Shown here: positions 1 through 12,689 of the stretch, piece by piece
Position numbering within the stretch: the stretch's first letter is position 1
How the letters are laid out: every line of letters starts with the position of its first letter
Assembly (NCBI GenBank): GCA_030390025.1
Contig: CM059433.1
Location: 4,154,001-4,218,000, forward strand
Direction of reading: 5' to 3'
DNA from: Squalus acanthias
Taxonomy: Eukaryota
DNA: 64,000 bases
Position numbers and translations under genes: made by a program
The notes under the pieces: model-generated
Database searches by the model: none
Told to the model about the DNA's origin: nothing
What the model saw: only the letters and a program-made list of their open reading frames with translations

Positions 1-496
1 GGATTGTGTTTATATCCTATACTGGATAGTGTTTATATCCTATACTGGATCGTGTTTATATCCTATATTGGATCGTGTTTATATCCTATAGTGGATTGTG
101 TTTATATCCTATACTGGATTGTGTTTATATCCTATACTGGATCGTGTTTATATCCTATACTGGATCGTGTTTATATCCTATATTGGATCGTGTTTATATC
201 CTATACTGGATCGTGTTTATATCCTATATTGGATCGTGTTTATATCCTATACTGGATCGTGTTTATATCCTATATTGGATAGTGTTTATATCCTATATTG
301 GATTGTGTTTATATCCTATACTGGATTGTGTTTATATCCTATACTGGATCGTGTTTATATCCTATACTGGATCGTGTTTATATGCTATACTGGATCGTGT
401 TTATATCCTATATTGGATCGTGTTTATATCCTATACTGGATCGTGTTTATATCCTATACTGGATCGTGTTTATATCCTATACTGGATTGTGTTTAT
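1..496. repeat. 23-bp tandem minisatellite (GGATYGTGTTTATATCCTATAYT)n, about 21 copies, running off the window start
   Basis: Head-to-tail 23-nt unit with only point variants and no spacers. It explains the periodic ORFs at 4..566. Confidence 0.95.
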
Positions 497-2647
497 GACT
501 CCCTCTGTTACATTTCCAAATGGGCTGATTTATAGACCACTTGACCAAGTCCTTGTAGCATCATAACAAAATAAAATGGAACTGATTCAAGGCTCAAGTC
601 TAATTCAAGTTTAAGACTACAACAGCTGGGAAATAAAATACTCAGAAGCATCAGGCAATTATACAATGACATGATAGTGATGCAGTTGCACACAGGTTGC
701 TGCCTAGAATTCAGCAAACTTTAAGCACTAACTTTAGATATGCAACCCATGGAAATGCAGTGAGATATTAATGCACTCGATCCTTCTCAGGCACAGTACC
801 TACTGCCACTTCGGGGTCCAGGCCTCTTGGCAGTGGGGCCCACGTATGACTTTGTGGAGTTTGGTAAGCCTCCACTCACTCAGCATACCGACCACCACTA
901 TTAGGCTGGGTCCTGACTGAGGCTCAGGAGTGACAGCTCCTGGTTTAGGAGATCCTGCCCCTGTCTCCACCAACCGGCAGACATTTGCCTTGTAAGGGGG
1001 GCAAGGAAGTTATGGCCCTTTTGAGGCAGCTCGGTAACTCCCAATTGGGTCTCAGCCATTTTCCTGGATGTTCCGCTGGTCTCCCAATGGAGTTATGGTG
1101 GGAGACTTTCAGATTCCCTGAGGAATTACTGTGCCTATGTTTTTATTTCAAAGTACACACTGTTAGTAATGTAATTGATAATCACCTTAGTCTTGTGTGG
1201 CCAGGTTCATGGATCTTAGCTGTGACTTGACTATCAAAGCTACAAACTACATGTACCAGACACTTTGGCGATTCAGTGAATCCCAGATCAGGACAGACTG
1301 ACACATTATTAATCTTGCCCTGTGCTAACCATATGTCATCTTGGCAGAGCTATTAAGTGGCATTAGTGTTAAAAGTCTGTGGAATATTTTTCTATTCTTC
1401 CAGCTAAATTGATGAATGTGAGAAACGATGATGGTGAATAAATCAGGAAATTATCTTTCAAAAGTCCATATAAAAGCATGACGTATTAAAGAAGTTCAAT
1501 CACACCTCTCGACAATTCCTGGGTGATGTATTTTAAGAGGCCCATTGATTTATTTGAAGTTTTCGTTCTATCGTACTGCTGATCTCTTATTGATTTTGAA
1601 GGGTTCTGAATTTATGGCTGATCATTATCTTTTTTATTGCTAACAGTAATGATCATCATTTCTGTGTGAGAAAAGGGATTCTTGCTTGTCCCTCGATTTA
1701 CAGTTTGAAAGGTTTTCAAGGTCATGTTAATCAAGACAATGTCAAACAGAATCTGACAACTTTGGTAGCATTTTATTGAGACCAACATAATAAACCTTCC
1801 TCGCACCTGAAGAAAGATTCTGAAAGTTTGCCTGGAGGTTTCCGAGCTGAATAAAACGTCGCCTTCGCTACTGTATCTGTGTTTTTACACTTAGTTGAAA
1901 AGATGAATACAGCATTTTTCAACAGTGTCACTGGCTGTGCTCCTTTTCAAGTCAGTCACATGTTTTTTGCTTTCTGTTCAAAATGTATAAAAGTATGTTA
2001 TCTTTTTTACTTGAAATATTACAAGCAAGAAATTATGAATTACTTTGTCCACAACATGTGAGGCAAAACATTAGCTACACTCATCATAGCATAAATAGAT
2101 ACGGAAAGAAAACAATGAAATGGATTTTCATTTTGTACAACCATGTGCATATTTTATATTTACATCGAAGAGGCTGTTGCACTTTGGGGAGATCCATCAC
2201 TCAACATTTCTGCCGCAGGGGCTGATTTGGACGGTGGTGGCAGATCAGCCACAGTGGAGCTGGAAGCTGCTCAGCCAGTCCGCCACAGATTGACCTTCAG
2301 AGGTCTAAAAAGAACTTTTCAAATTCTCAAAAGGTGGATGCTTGCTGGTCCGTGACTAGATTAACTCAGACCCAACCCTGTCCTGCCAACTAACCTGAGC
2401 CACATGGCATTTATCAGATGTCATCATGGTCACGTCAGTGCGCACAGAGGGGAAAGCAGACTGCTCAGTTGACACATTGAAGTATTTGACCAATGCTGTG
2501 CGCTGCTGGAGTGTGCTGGGATGATGAATGGCCAGTACTTGTCAATTGTGGTTGAGGAACACATCTCTTTTTACTAAACTTGCCAATTTATATGGCAATC
2601 CAGAGGTGGTTTTGTGCACAATTCTCCAAAGTGAACTTGCACAGCAT

Positions 2648-3745
2648 TACATAGAATTTTACAGCATAGAAACAGGCCATTCTTTTTTGTTATTCGTTTA
2701 TGGGATGTGGGCGTCACTGGCAAGGCCAGCATTTATTGCCCATCCCTAACTGCCCCTTGAGAAGGTGGTGGTGAGCCGCCTTCTTGAACCGCTGCAGTCC
2801 GTGTGGTGAAGGTACTCCCACACTGCTGTTAGGGAGGGAGTTCCAGGATTTTGACCCAGCAACGATGAAGGATCGGCGATATATTTCCAAGTCAGGATGG
2901 TGTGTGACTTGGAGGGGAACCTGGAGGTGGTGGTGTTCCCATGCGCCTGCTGCCCTTGTCCTTGTAGGGGGAAGAGGTCACGGGTTTCGGAGGTGCTGCC
3001 GAAGAAGCCTTGGTGAGTTGCTGCAGTGCATCTTGTAGATGGTACACCTGAATGACATTCAGGCTTGGGCTGATAAGTGGCAAGTAACATTCGTGCCAAA
3101 CAAGTTTTCCCTCTGATTCCCATTAACTTCAGTTTTACTAGGGCTCCTTGATGCCACACTCAGTCAAATGCTGCCTTGATGTCAAGGGCAGTCACTCTCA
3201 CCTCACCTCTCGAATTCAGCTCTTTTGTCCATGTTTGGACCAAGGCTGTAATGAGGTCTGGAGCCGAGTGGTCCTGGCGGAACCCAAACTGGGCATCGGC
3301 GAGCAGGTTATTGGTAAGTAAGTGCCGCTTGATAGCACTGTCGACGACACCTTCCATCACTTTGCTGATGATTGAGAGTAGACTGATGGGGCGGTAATTG
3401 GCCAGATTGGATTTGTCCTGCTTTTTGCAGACAGGACATACCTGGGCAGTTTTCCACATTGTCGGATACATGCCAGTGTTGTAGCTGTACTGGAACAGCT
3501 TGGCTAGAGGCACGGCTAGTTCTGGAGCACATGTCTTTCGGCCCAATAGGTCTATGCCGGTCTTTATGTTCCACAGGAGCCTCATCCCACCTTACTTCAT
3601 CTCAGCCTATCAACACACCCTTCTAATCCTTCATCCCTCATGTGCCTGTCTAGCTGCCCCTTAATCCATCCATGCTACTTGCCTCAACTACCCCTTGTGG
3701 TAGCGAGTTCCACATTCTTGCCACTCACTGAGTAAAAACGTTTTC
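2648..3745 (-). mobile_element. CR1 3'-end fragment interrupted by a LINE at 2683-3535
   Basis: The tail 'ttacatagaatttacagcatagaaacaggccattc' resumes as 'ttcggcccaataggtctatgccgg' at 3537. It matches the CR1 3' ends at about 44990 and 57840. Confidence 0.7.
2683..3535 (-). mobile_element. Rearranged LINE fragment (CR1/L2-group family with a 'gggcaataaatgctggccttgccagc' tail)
   Basis: ORF 3160..3585 has RT motifs (NYRPISLLSIISKVME, QFGFR, ALDIKAAFD). The 3' tail is shared with copies at 5.5, 7.4, 20.6, 41.3 and 53.1 kb. Confidence 0.9.
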
Positions 3746-4049
3746 CTGGTGCTCATTGGCACACTGGTCCCAAAATCCCTGATTTCAGGGGCTTGAGTGC
3801 CCTCTCTTTTGCCAGACAGCTCATCATCATCAGGCTTATGTTCCTGTTATGCAGTGGAAACAGGGATCAGTGCCACACCTAAACTGAACAAATGTCTCTA
3901 AAGAAGACAGGTTATCATATCTGATGTATTAGTGCAGCAGAATCCATTTGCAATCACCGCTGGCAGTGATCATGCAGATGTAACACTCAAATCATGGTTG
4001 CCAAAACCAATTTGAATGTTATGTTGAGTTTTTCCTTTGGTTTTTATGG

Positions 4050-4155
4050 AGCCAAGGCAGGTGGAGGGAGTTAAGATACAGATCAGCCATGATCTCATTA
4101 AATGGCCAGGCAGGCTCCAGGGGCTGAATGGCCTCCTCCTCTTCCTATGTTCCTA
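4050..4155 (+). mobile_element. CR1 3' UTR fragment
   Basis: 'gatcagccatgatctc...tggcctcctcctcttcctatgttcc' matches the CR1 tails at 23920 and 51420. Confidence 0.7.
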
Positions 4156-4270
4156 GGGTTATAATGATCAGTACAAGTTGGTTGCACTGATCAGTTTTGT
4201 GATGGACTCCGATGATGACCCAGACACTTTAAACAGCCTATTAACCAACAACTTTCTTTTTCCTGTGATG

Positions 4271-4483
4271 CTCTCCTCTTATTTAGTCAAATTCATTTAG
4301 TATCATTGATTTAATCGCATCGATTTAGTTCCCAACCGCCACCCGAAGTGGGATGCTGTCCCGTGCTAACCGACAGCCACTCGGCAATGCTCTGCTCAGG
4401 GTGCTGGTTGCGGACTAAGTGAATGGGTTAAAATCATTTAGTGCTCGATGAGTTTGACTAAATAAGACCGAACGAGAGGAGAG
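4271..4483. repeat. Imperfect long inverted repeat (hairpin)
   Basis: Left arm 'ttatttagtcaaattcatttagtatcattgatttaatc...ttagttcccaacc' versus the reverse complement of the right arm 'ttatttagtcaaactcatcgagcactaaatgattttaacc...ttagtccgcaacc'. Confidence 0.75.
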
Positions 4484-5068
4484 GGAAAGCAATCGATCAA
4501 TCAGCTTTTAAAAGGGCCTGGCTGACCTCAGCAGCCTAATACACATGGGAATTGGCCATAATAATCTGACATTATGGCAATCATTTGGACTGGTTGATTA
4601 ATTCGATCATTATTACCTTGCAGTGTTGCTTTAATTATGCTCCGGAATGCTAATGTGTATTTTCTTTGTTCATAAGTTTCTATAACAGATACAAACATCA
4701 CACCAGCCTCCCTGAGCTAACTCTTTTTGTCTCTTCTATTCCCTTTCCTCACTCGAGTACCCCCTCCTGCTCTGAAATGATGACAGGCTCTGCTATTGTA
4801 CAGTCGGAATGTATAGACAGAGAAGAACCATCTGCAGAGATTAGAAGGAAGGACTTTGAAGAATTGACTCTGGGCTGATCACAAACTAAGGAAGTTTAAA
4901 AATAAGATTGGCCTAGGATCAATAATTCATTCAAGCGCAGCAGTTAATTATGGAATATTATATTGTATATGGTATTTCCAAGCCTTTGCTAAATAGGTGA
5001 CAAGAAGTTATCAATATTGCTGTGTTTTTAATAAGTACCAGCTGATCTTCTCAAGCACTTAACATCGT

Positions 5069-5201
5069 GGGAGTCATTTTGAATTTGGGTGATTGTGTAA
5101 GCGAGGTGATATCAATTCAGCTGGCCGTTATACATGTGTATAATGGGCAGTGGGTCCAATATTGGTCATTTTATACTGTGGCCAGAAGTCAAAATTACCC
5201 C
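5069..5201. mobile_element. Old palindromic Harbinger-type MITE
   Basis: Ends 'gggagtcattttga' and 'tcaaaattacccc'. It resembles the hairpin MITE at 30998. Confidence 0.55.
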
Positions 5202-5474
5202 TGGTAAGTCAGAGAATAAGGTCAATGTCTCACCTGTCTCTGATGTCTCTGTGTTCCTGTTTCTCTGTCTCTTCTGCTTCTGTCTCTCACCATTCGCTTC
5301 TGTTCCCTGCTGCTTTTCGCCCCTGAACTCTTTTTACTTCTCACTCTGTCCTCCCTGCTTCTTTCTCTGGCTTTATCTTCTTGACTTTCTTTTCAGGTAG
5401 GAGGTAGAGTATAGTATGATGTAGCTTTAGTTTAAAAACAAAGCAGCTACCAAATTGCCTTTATGTCTAAATAT

Positions 5475-5983
5475 AGTCCATCTTGCCTGGATGAGTGCAG
5501 CTCCAACAACACTCAAGAATCTCGACACCATCCAGGACAAAGCAGCCCGCTTGATCGGCACCCCATCCACCACCTTAAACATTCACTCCCTCCACCACCG
5601 GCGTACCGTGGCTGCAATGTGTACCATCTACAAGATGCACTGCAGCAACTCGCCAAGGCTTCTTCGGCAGCACCTCCCAAACCCATGACCTCTACCACCT
5701 AGAAGGACAAGGGCAGCAGGCGCATGGGAACACCACCACCTCCAAGTTCCCCTCCAAGTCACACACCATCCTGACTTAGAAATATATCGGCCGTTCCTTC
5801 ATCGTCGCTGGGTCAAAATCCTGGAACTCCCTCCCTAACAGCACTGTGGGAGCACCTTCACCACATGGACTGCAGCGGTTCAAGAAGGCGGCTCACCACC
5901 ACCTTCTCAAGGGCAATTAGGGATGGGCAATAAATGCTGGCCTTGCCAGCGACGCCTACATCCCAGGAACGAATAAAAAAAAA
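5475..5983 (+). mobile_element. LINE 3' fragment (same family as 2683)
   Basis: Peptide LAWMSAAPTTLKNLDTIQDKAARLIG, the shared tail and an A-run. Confidence 0.9.
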
Positions 5984-6594
5984 TGTGAGGGAGGAAATGG
6001 ATCGACATAGCTAAAGTGACATTACTAAAGCATTATTAATTACTAAATCCCTCTGATGTTTTCTTGAGGTGTGTAACTCTCTTCTAAGAATGTGATCTGA
6101 ACAAAAGTGTTTAACAAATGAACAGAAAGACAGAAAAAAACAGACGAGTAACATTAATCGGAAGTTCCTTGTAATTTGTTTCAATTTAAATTGCCGAATT
6201 GAGTTGTTTTTCTTGGTTGAAATTACATTTAGCATAAAAACTGCAGAGATAAGATTTTGTAATTTGAAATAATGAGTATGAATAAAGGTCATTTTTTTAC
6301 ATTATTCTTATTGCTGTCAAATTGTTGCAAATCGGAATCGTAGCTGTTTATCAGAATTTGCAAAGATCCCTCAACTGATAAATAAAAGCATCTACTAGTT
6401 AGTACACACCTGTCTTAGAGCTAACCCATCCGGATAGATTTTACATTCAGGTGGTCCAAATATACAAAATAAGCAAGAATCTCAACTATACTGCAGTGCC
6501 TGATACAGATACCTGCATTGGACTGCCTCTCCAACAAGGTAACATTTTATGACATTAATGTGATTTATTATGCTGTGAAATGTCATAACTAAGT

Positions 6595-6692
6595 GTGTCA
6601 GCCGTGGCTCAGTGGGTAGCACCCTTGCCTCTGAGTCCGAATGTTGTGGGTCTCAAGTCTCACTCGTCCCAGAGACTTGAGCACAAAAATTC
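6595..6692 (+). mobile_element. DeuSINE tRNA-derived head only
   Basis: A-box 'gtggctcagtgggtagca' identical to the full copies, truncated after the head. Confidence 0.75.
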
Positions 6693-7346
6693 AAGGGGTT
6701 CTGTCAGGGGCAAAAAAGTTCTCAAAGGAAAAAGTTATGTTTTTTCAGCTTCTTTTTTTACAAAGGAAATTAAAGTAATGACCCCCAAACTTACTTGTGC
6801 TATGTATGGGTGGAATTTCAATCTCACTGATGCAGGAAATAGTGGTCTTGGCACTTTGGTGTGCCAGAAATCAGATGTAAACATTCATTTCAATGACAAT
6901 GAAAGGCTCACAGCATCAGGGCGAATAGTTCATGACAACAGGTCTGTCAGTATTGGAATACCTTCTCAGCTTTCAATACATGCACTTCTTTTTCAGATAT
7001 CTTAGAAAAAGTAGTGTGACATTAATTTCTAATTATGAATGATACAAAACCAAAATAAATATGCAGAAGCAAAAAGACAAATAATGTTAACTTTAACTTT
7101 GTGTACTTGACGAGCCCATAAATCGGAACAAATTATTTTTAGTACTGGCTATTGCTTACTCTTTGCGCTTCACTGTAGTTCTGTTGCCTTACATAATAGT
7201 CCCACTCCAGACACAACTGATTCCATCCCATATATATGCAATGCATACTTTAAAACAATATCTATTCTCTTTTTACAAAAAATCACCATGGTTCTCTATT
7301 TATCAGATCTACAGAAGCTTCTAACTCATTTACCTTTCACTTATTA

Positions 7347-8850
7347 TTTTTTATTCATTCCTGGGATGTGGGCGTGGCTGGCAAGGCCAGCATTTATTGC
7401 CCATCCCTAATTGGCCTTGAGAAGAGTAGTGGTGAGCTGCCTTCTTGAGTTGCTGCAGTCCGTGTGGTGAGGTGCTCCCACAGTGCTGTTAGGGAGGGAG
7501 TTCCAGGATTTTGACCCAGCGACGATGAAGGAACGGCCGATATACTTCCAAGTCAGGATGGCGTGTGACTTGGAGGGGATCTTGGAGGTGATGGTGTTCC
7601 CATGCGCCTGCTGCCCTTGTCCTTCTAGGTGGAAGAGGTCGCGGGTTTGGGAGGTGCTGCCGAAGAAGCCTTGATGAATTGCTGCAGTGCATCTTGTAGA
7701 TGGTACACACTGCAGCCATGGTACGCCGGTGGTGGAGGGAGTGAATTTTAAAGGTGGTGGATGGGGTGCCAATCGAGCGGGCTGCTTTGTCCTGGATGGT
7801 ATCGAGCTTCTTGAGTGTTGTTGGAGCTGCACTCATCCAGACAAATGGCTGTTGGAGGACAAGCATCTCAGCCCCAGGACATCGTTGCAAGAGTTCCTAA
7901 GGGCTGTGCCTTGTAGATGGTGGAAAGGCTTGAGGGAGTCAGGAGGTGGGACACTCACCGCAGAATACCCAGCCTCTGACCTGCTCTTGTTGCCACAGTA
8001 TTTATGTGGCTGGTCCAGTTAAGTTTCTGGTCAATGGTGACCCCCAGGATGATGATAGTGGGGGATTCGGCGATGGTAATGCCATTGAATGTCAAGGGGT
8101 GGTGATTAGATGCTCGCTTGTTGGAGATAGTCATCGCCTGGCACTCGTGTGGCGCGAATGTTAATTGCCACTTATCAGCCCAAGCCTGCATGTCTTCCAG
8201 GTCTTGCTGCATGTGAGCATGGACTGCTTCATTATCCGAGGAGTAGCGAATGGAACTGAACACTGTGCAATCATCAGCGAACGTCCCCATTTCTGACCTT
8301 ATGTCGGAGGGAAGGCCATTGATGAAGCAGCTGAAGATGGTTAGGCCTAGGACACTGCCCTGAGGAACTCCTGCAGCAATGTCCTGGGGCTGAGATGATT
8401 GGCCTACAACAAACACAACCATCTTCCTTTGGGCTAGGTATGACTCCAACCAGTGGAGAGTTTCCCTCTGATTCCCATTGACTTCAATTTTACTAGGGCT
8501 CCGTGATGCCACACTCGGTCAAATGCTGCCTTGATGTCAAGGGCAGTCACTCTCACCTCACCTCTGGAATTCAGCTCTTTTGTCCATGTTTGAACCAAGG
8601 CTGTAATGAGGTCGGGAGCCGAGTGGTCCTGGCAGAATCCAAACTGGGCATCAGTGAGCAGGTTATTGGTGAGTAAGTGCTGTTTGATAGCACTGTCGAT
8701 GACACCTTCCATCACTTTGCTGATGATTGAGAGTAGACTGATGGGGCGGTAATTGGCCAGATTGGATTTGTCTGCTTTTTGTGGACAGGACATACCTGGG
8801 CAGTTTTCCACATTGTCGGGTAGATGCCAGTGTTGTAGCTGTACTGGAAC
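7347..8850 (-). mobile_element. 5'-truncated LINE with frameshifted RT (same family as 2683)
   Basis: ORFs 7955..8512 (GVPQGSVLG, FADD) and 8434..8862 (YRPISLLS, LDIKAAFD), plus the shared tail. Confidence 0.92.
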
Positions 8851-9602
8851 ACTCATAAGCACTCATAGTACATATGCCACTACATCAGTGGATAACGCAC
8901 TCAATTAAACTACTCAACAGTAACTATAGGGCAGTGGGCTTGGGTTTATTTATAAACCCTTAGGGTTTCAGCCATTTCTGTACATTGAGATCAGAGCAAA
9001 GTATCGCTCACTTTTCACTGAATTGCACAGATATGTTTGGTTTAACTTCAAATGTTGGGTTGTGACAAGACTTGTGACTTAATGGTATGTGCAAAGCGTT
9101 AGTTTGCTCTGGAGTTGTATCTGAACTTGGGTCACTAGGCACAGTGTACTAGTGTAGTGAATTCCAAAACAGCAAATATTATCAATACAAGTTTAAAAGT
9201 ATATTTCCACCCTCGCTGTTATCAGCGTACGTACAATGCAACCACTTCCTGCAAATGCAACAACATCACTCCTAATCATTCCATAGATATTCTTTATCTG
9301 CTTCATGAGAGTCAACAGGCATTGCAATGTAGTTTCATGATATGGCTTGAGCTATAAATATAAAACTTGCGTTTCATGGTTTCGTTTTAGTTTCACGAAA
9401 AGCTCTTAAGCATCACAGAACTTGTCCTCATAATTGAAACTAATTTTTCAAATACAATCCTAGCCATCATTGCAATCATCTGATCACCAAATACATGTTT
9501 TCATAATTACAATGACTGAGCTGGAGGCAATCCTTTTGAGATCTATGACCTGATCATTTCCCAATATTGTTGATGAACTGCAACACCGACGGACATTTGG
9601 CT

Positions 9603-11170
9603 TGTTACGAAAGAGATTACTTAACTAACCGCAACACACTACACCGCACCCCTTCTAGAAACATTAAATAGCAATTAGATGTGGCTTGAGAGGCAAGATG
9701 GAGATTACAACAAAAGATTGATTCACTTTTTTAAAGATGGGTGAAGGACTGGGGATTACACAGTGGATCAGCTAATCTCCCCCCTTCTTCAGTCAGTCGA
9801 TTTTAATTATCCCTTTTACCTCTGGAACCTGGCTCGAATTCAAAAAATAAAAGTTTAATCAACAAAAAAGAAAAGCTGTGAGGAAACCAGACAAAAGAGG
9901 GTGGCACAGATACTTCCTCACTCCAGACTTCTGGCTGTGCTGCTCGAAGGTACGCAACAGCACCCCGAGTCAATACAGCCTCCGATTTTTCCATGTACCC
10001 TGTGAGGGAAGGCCAGGTGTGCGACAGAATGCGTCTGACTCTGGGGAGCGACCGAAAACAAGACACAACCAGACTTTCTTTTGCTGAGAGGCTTCTTCTT
10101 CAGCCTATAAAAGGCGATATTTTCGGAGCCCAGAGCTGAAGTCGCAGGACCGGAGGTAGCAAGTTTTGTGCTTGACAAAATCATCCCGCCAGATTTTCCA
10201 GAGTCAACCCAAATATCCAGTACAGCTCCTGGTCCCGATTGTGCCTTCCAATGGGGACCTCACCAAAGGAAGGGACAGGAATCGTGCATGATTCCAGCTC
10301 CTACAAGGTTACAGGCTACAATTACATGGTCATATCCCTCGAAGAAGTGACAAGAATGGAGGTTTTTTGCCTTTTAGATTATTTATTTGGATTCTTTACC
10401 GTTAGTAATAACAACAACAACAACAACTTGTATTTATATAGCACCTTTAATGCAGTAAAACGTCCCAAGGCGCTGCACAGGAGTAGTAAAAGAGAAAAAA
10501 TTTGACACCGAGCCACATAAGGATAAATTAGGGCAGGTGACCAAAAGCTTGGTCAAAGAGGTAGGTTTTAAGGAGCGTCTTAAAGGAGGAAAGAGAGGTA
10601 GCGAGGCGGAGAGGTTTAGGGAGGGAATTCCAGAGCCTGGGGCCGAGGCAACAGAAGGCACGGCCACCAATGGTTGAGCGATTATAATCAGGGATGCTCA
10701 AGAGGGCAGAATTAGAGGAGCGCAGAGATCTCGGGGGGGGGCGGTGTTGTGGGGCTGAAGGAGATTACAGAGACAGGGAGGGGCGAGGCCATGGAGGGAT
10801 TTGAAAACAAGGATGAGAATTTTGAAATCGAGGCGTTGCTTAACCGGGAGCCAATGTAGGTCAGCGAGCACAGGGGAGATGGGCGAACGGGACTTGGTGG
10901 GTAATGGGACATAAAGGGGTTAAAAACCTAAGTCTACATAGAAATTGGCGAGCTTGTTTGATACGCAAGCCCGTCTGAATGGGCATCAATGAGACGTGTA
11001 TTATTCCTGCTGGGTAATACAGAATTTAATATGTTAATTGATTAATTGGTCCAAGCTGTTCATTTCAAAACTACTGACCCGCAGGAGCTCCAGATTTGTG
11101 CGATGAGTGTTGTCTGTGTTCAAATTCTGAGAATTGTCGGCATTCTATGTAAACTAAGGGGGATAAAGTA
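9603..11170 (+). mobile_element. Possible solo LTR interrupted by L2 (right end uncertain)
   Basis: Starts TGTTACG and has a TATA-like 'ctataaaagg' at about 10105. The sequence appears to continue across the L2 insert via 'gtaat'. I found no TSD or terminal CA. Confidence 0.3.
10410..10900 (-). mobile_element. L2 LINE 3' end with (TTG)n tail
   Basis: Nearly identical to 42117-42981, which encodes an L2-type C-terminus (LHWLPV...LKTYLF). Confidence 0.88.
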
Positions 11171-12689
11171 GATCCAACATTCCTCAGGGTTTCTGTCAAT
11201 CTACCACTGTAACTCTGGCAGGAGACTGTCAGAGCCCCCTGAAATGTCCGAGTTGCTTTGTAAGGAGCAGAACCTCCGTCCACCCCTTATAAAGCAAAAA
11301 AAAAGCCAAGGAGAAGAGCCAGGGGCAAGTTCTCCTGTGGAACCTGATGCATCGGTGGAGGCGAGTATGCTGAGTGAGTGGAGTCATACTAGCCCACGCT
11401 AAGGCTAACGTGGTCCCCACCAGTGGGATCCAGGTCAGGCAAGTGGCCTGGGCCCCCCTGAAGACCAGCATGAAGGTTTTTTAAATGTTGTGGTTTATTC
11501 CCCTTGCTTAGGGGGCCAAAGATAATGGCCTGGGGCGCAGGGCTTGGGTAACCCCACCTCCACAGGCAGGCAGGGACCAGAGTTTCTGGCTGACATGAGC
11601 AGGGGGGCGGTGCCTTAAGGAGATCTACAATGGAATCCACACCTGTTCTTAGCAGACGTGGGATTCGCTGGGCCTAATAGGAGCAAGCTGGGTGGAATTC
11701 CTGGGCCAGCCTGGGAATATCAACAGACAAGCATCTATACTGCTGTCAGAACGGACATGGGAGGCAAGGGGGGAGAGGCGGATGGAAGACATATCAGACC
11801 CTCCTCCAGATCAGGATTTTCAACGCTGGGCAAACAGGCCTGAAACCCACTAGATCTGCGTTCCGTTCCTAAATGCACTCCACCCCTAGCCAGGACTGCA
11901 CCAGATTTCCTCCCTCCCCGTCCCTGGAATTTAGGCAAACGGGCCCCAAAATCCCTCGGGTCGCCGTGATCACGTCTGACGGAGCGCTGCGGCAATGACC
12001 CTGGAGTTTGCGAGGTCGCTGGGAAGAGATTAGCAGGGGCCAACAGTGACAAGGGCAGATGAACCAACACTGAATACTAATCAGGGATGGTGTTCGGAGA
12101 TACAGCATCATAGCAAAGGAGAAGCACCTTTGTTGTTTCTGATGCTCTGAGGAGAATAATAAAGTCTGTGATTTACTGTAAATCTATTGTTTGTATTTAA
12201 TACTGTTCATTTATCTGTTTTCTGCTCAATAAATCTGGTTAGTAGTTTATAGTCTAAGTGGCAATCTGATCGAGTGTCTATTCTTCCACATTACCAAAAT
12301 CGAGGAAAGCACATGAGGGCACACATGAGGGGATGTACAGTAAAGCGGAATACTGTGACCAGGTTTCTCTGGCCTGGGCTAACTACATGTACTCTAGATA
12401 TTGGCAAGCAAAGGTACACTCCAGGGTCAAGGGCTGGCAAATGGAAGTGCTCTGTGATTCTAAAAATTGACCAGGCATGGACACTGCAGGTACTTTTAAA
12501 TACATTGACAAATGATAAATGGGCTGGTCATGCTCTGTGAAACCTTTCAAGAGAACTCCAGAGAGCAGTGGGCAGTAAATTAGTTTGTGCAAGTGTGCTC
12601 CTGTGTTTAGAAAAGGGCAATAAACAAGCTAAGAAAAGGCCAGTAGCAACAGGGGCCCTGAAATGGCACGGCCGCGCCAGCAGAATCCT

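Noticed and set aside
1..566. CRISPR-like array or repetitive membrane-protein ORFs
   Set aside because: The units abut with no unique spacers, and the ORFs are translations of a 23-bp repeat.
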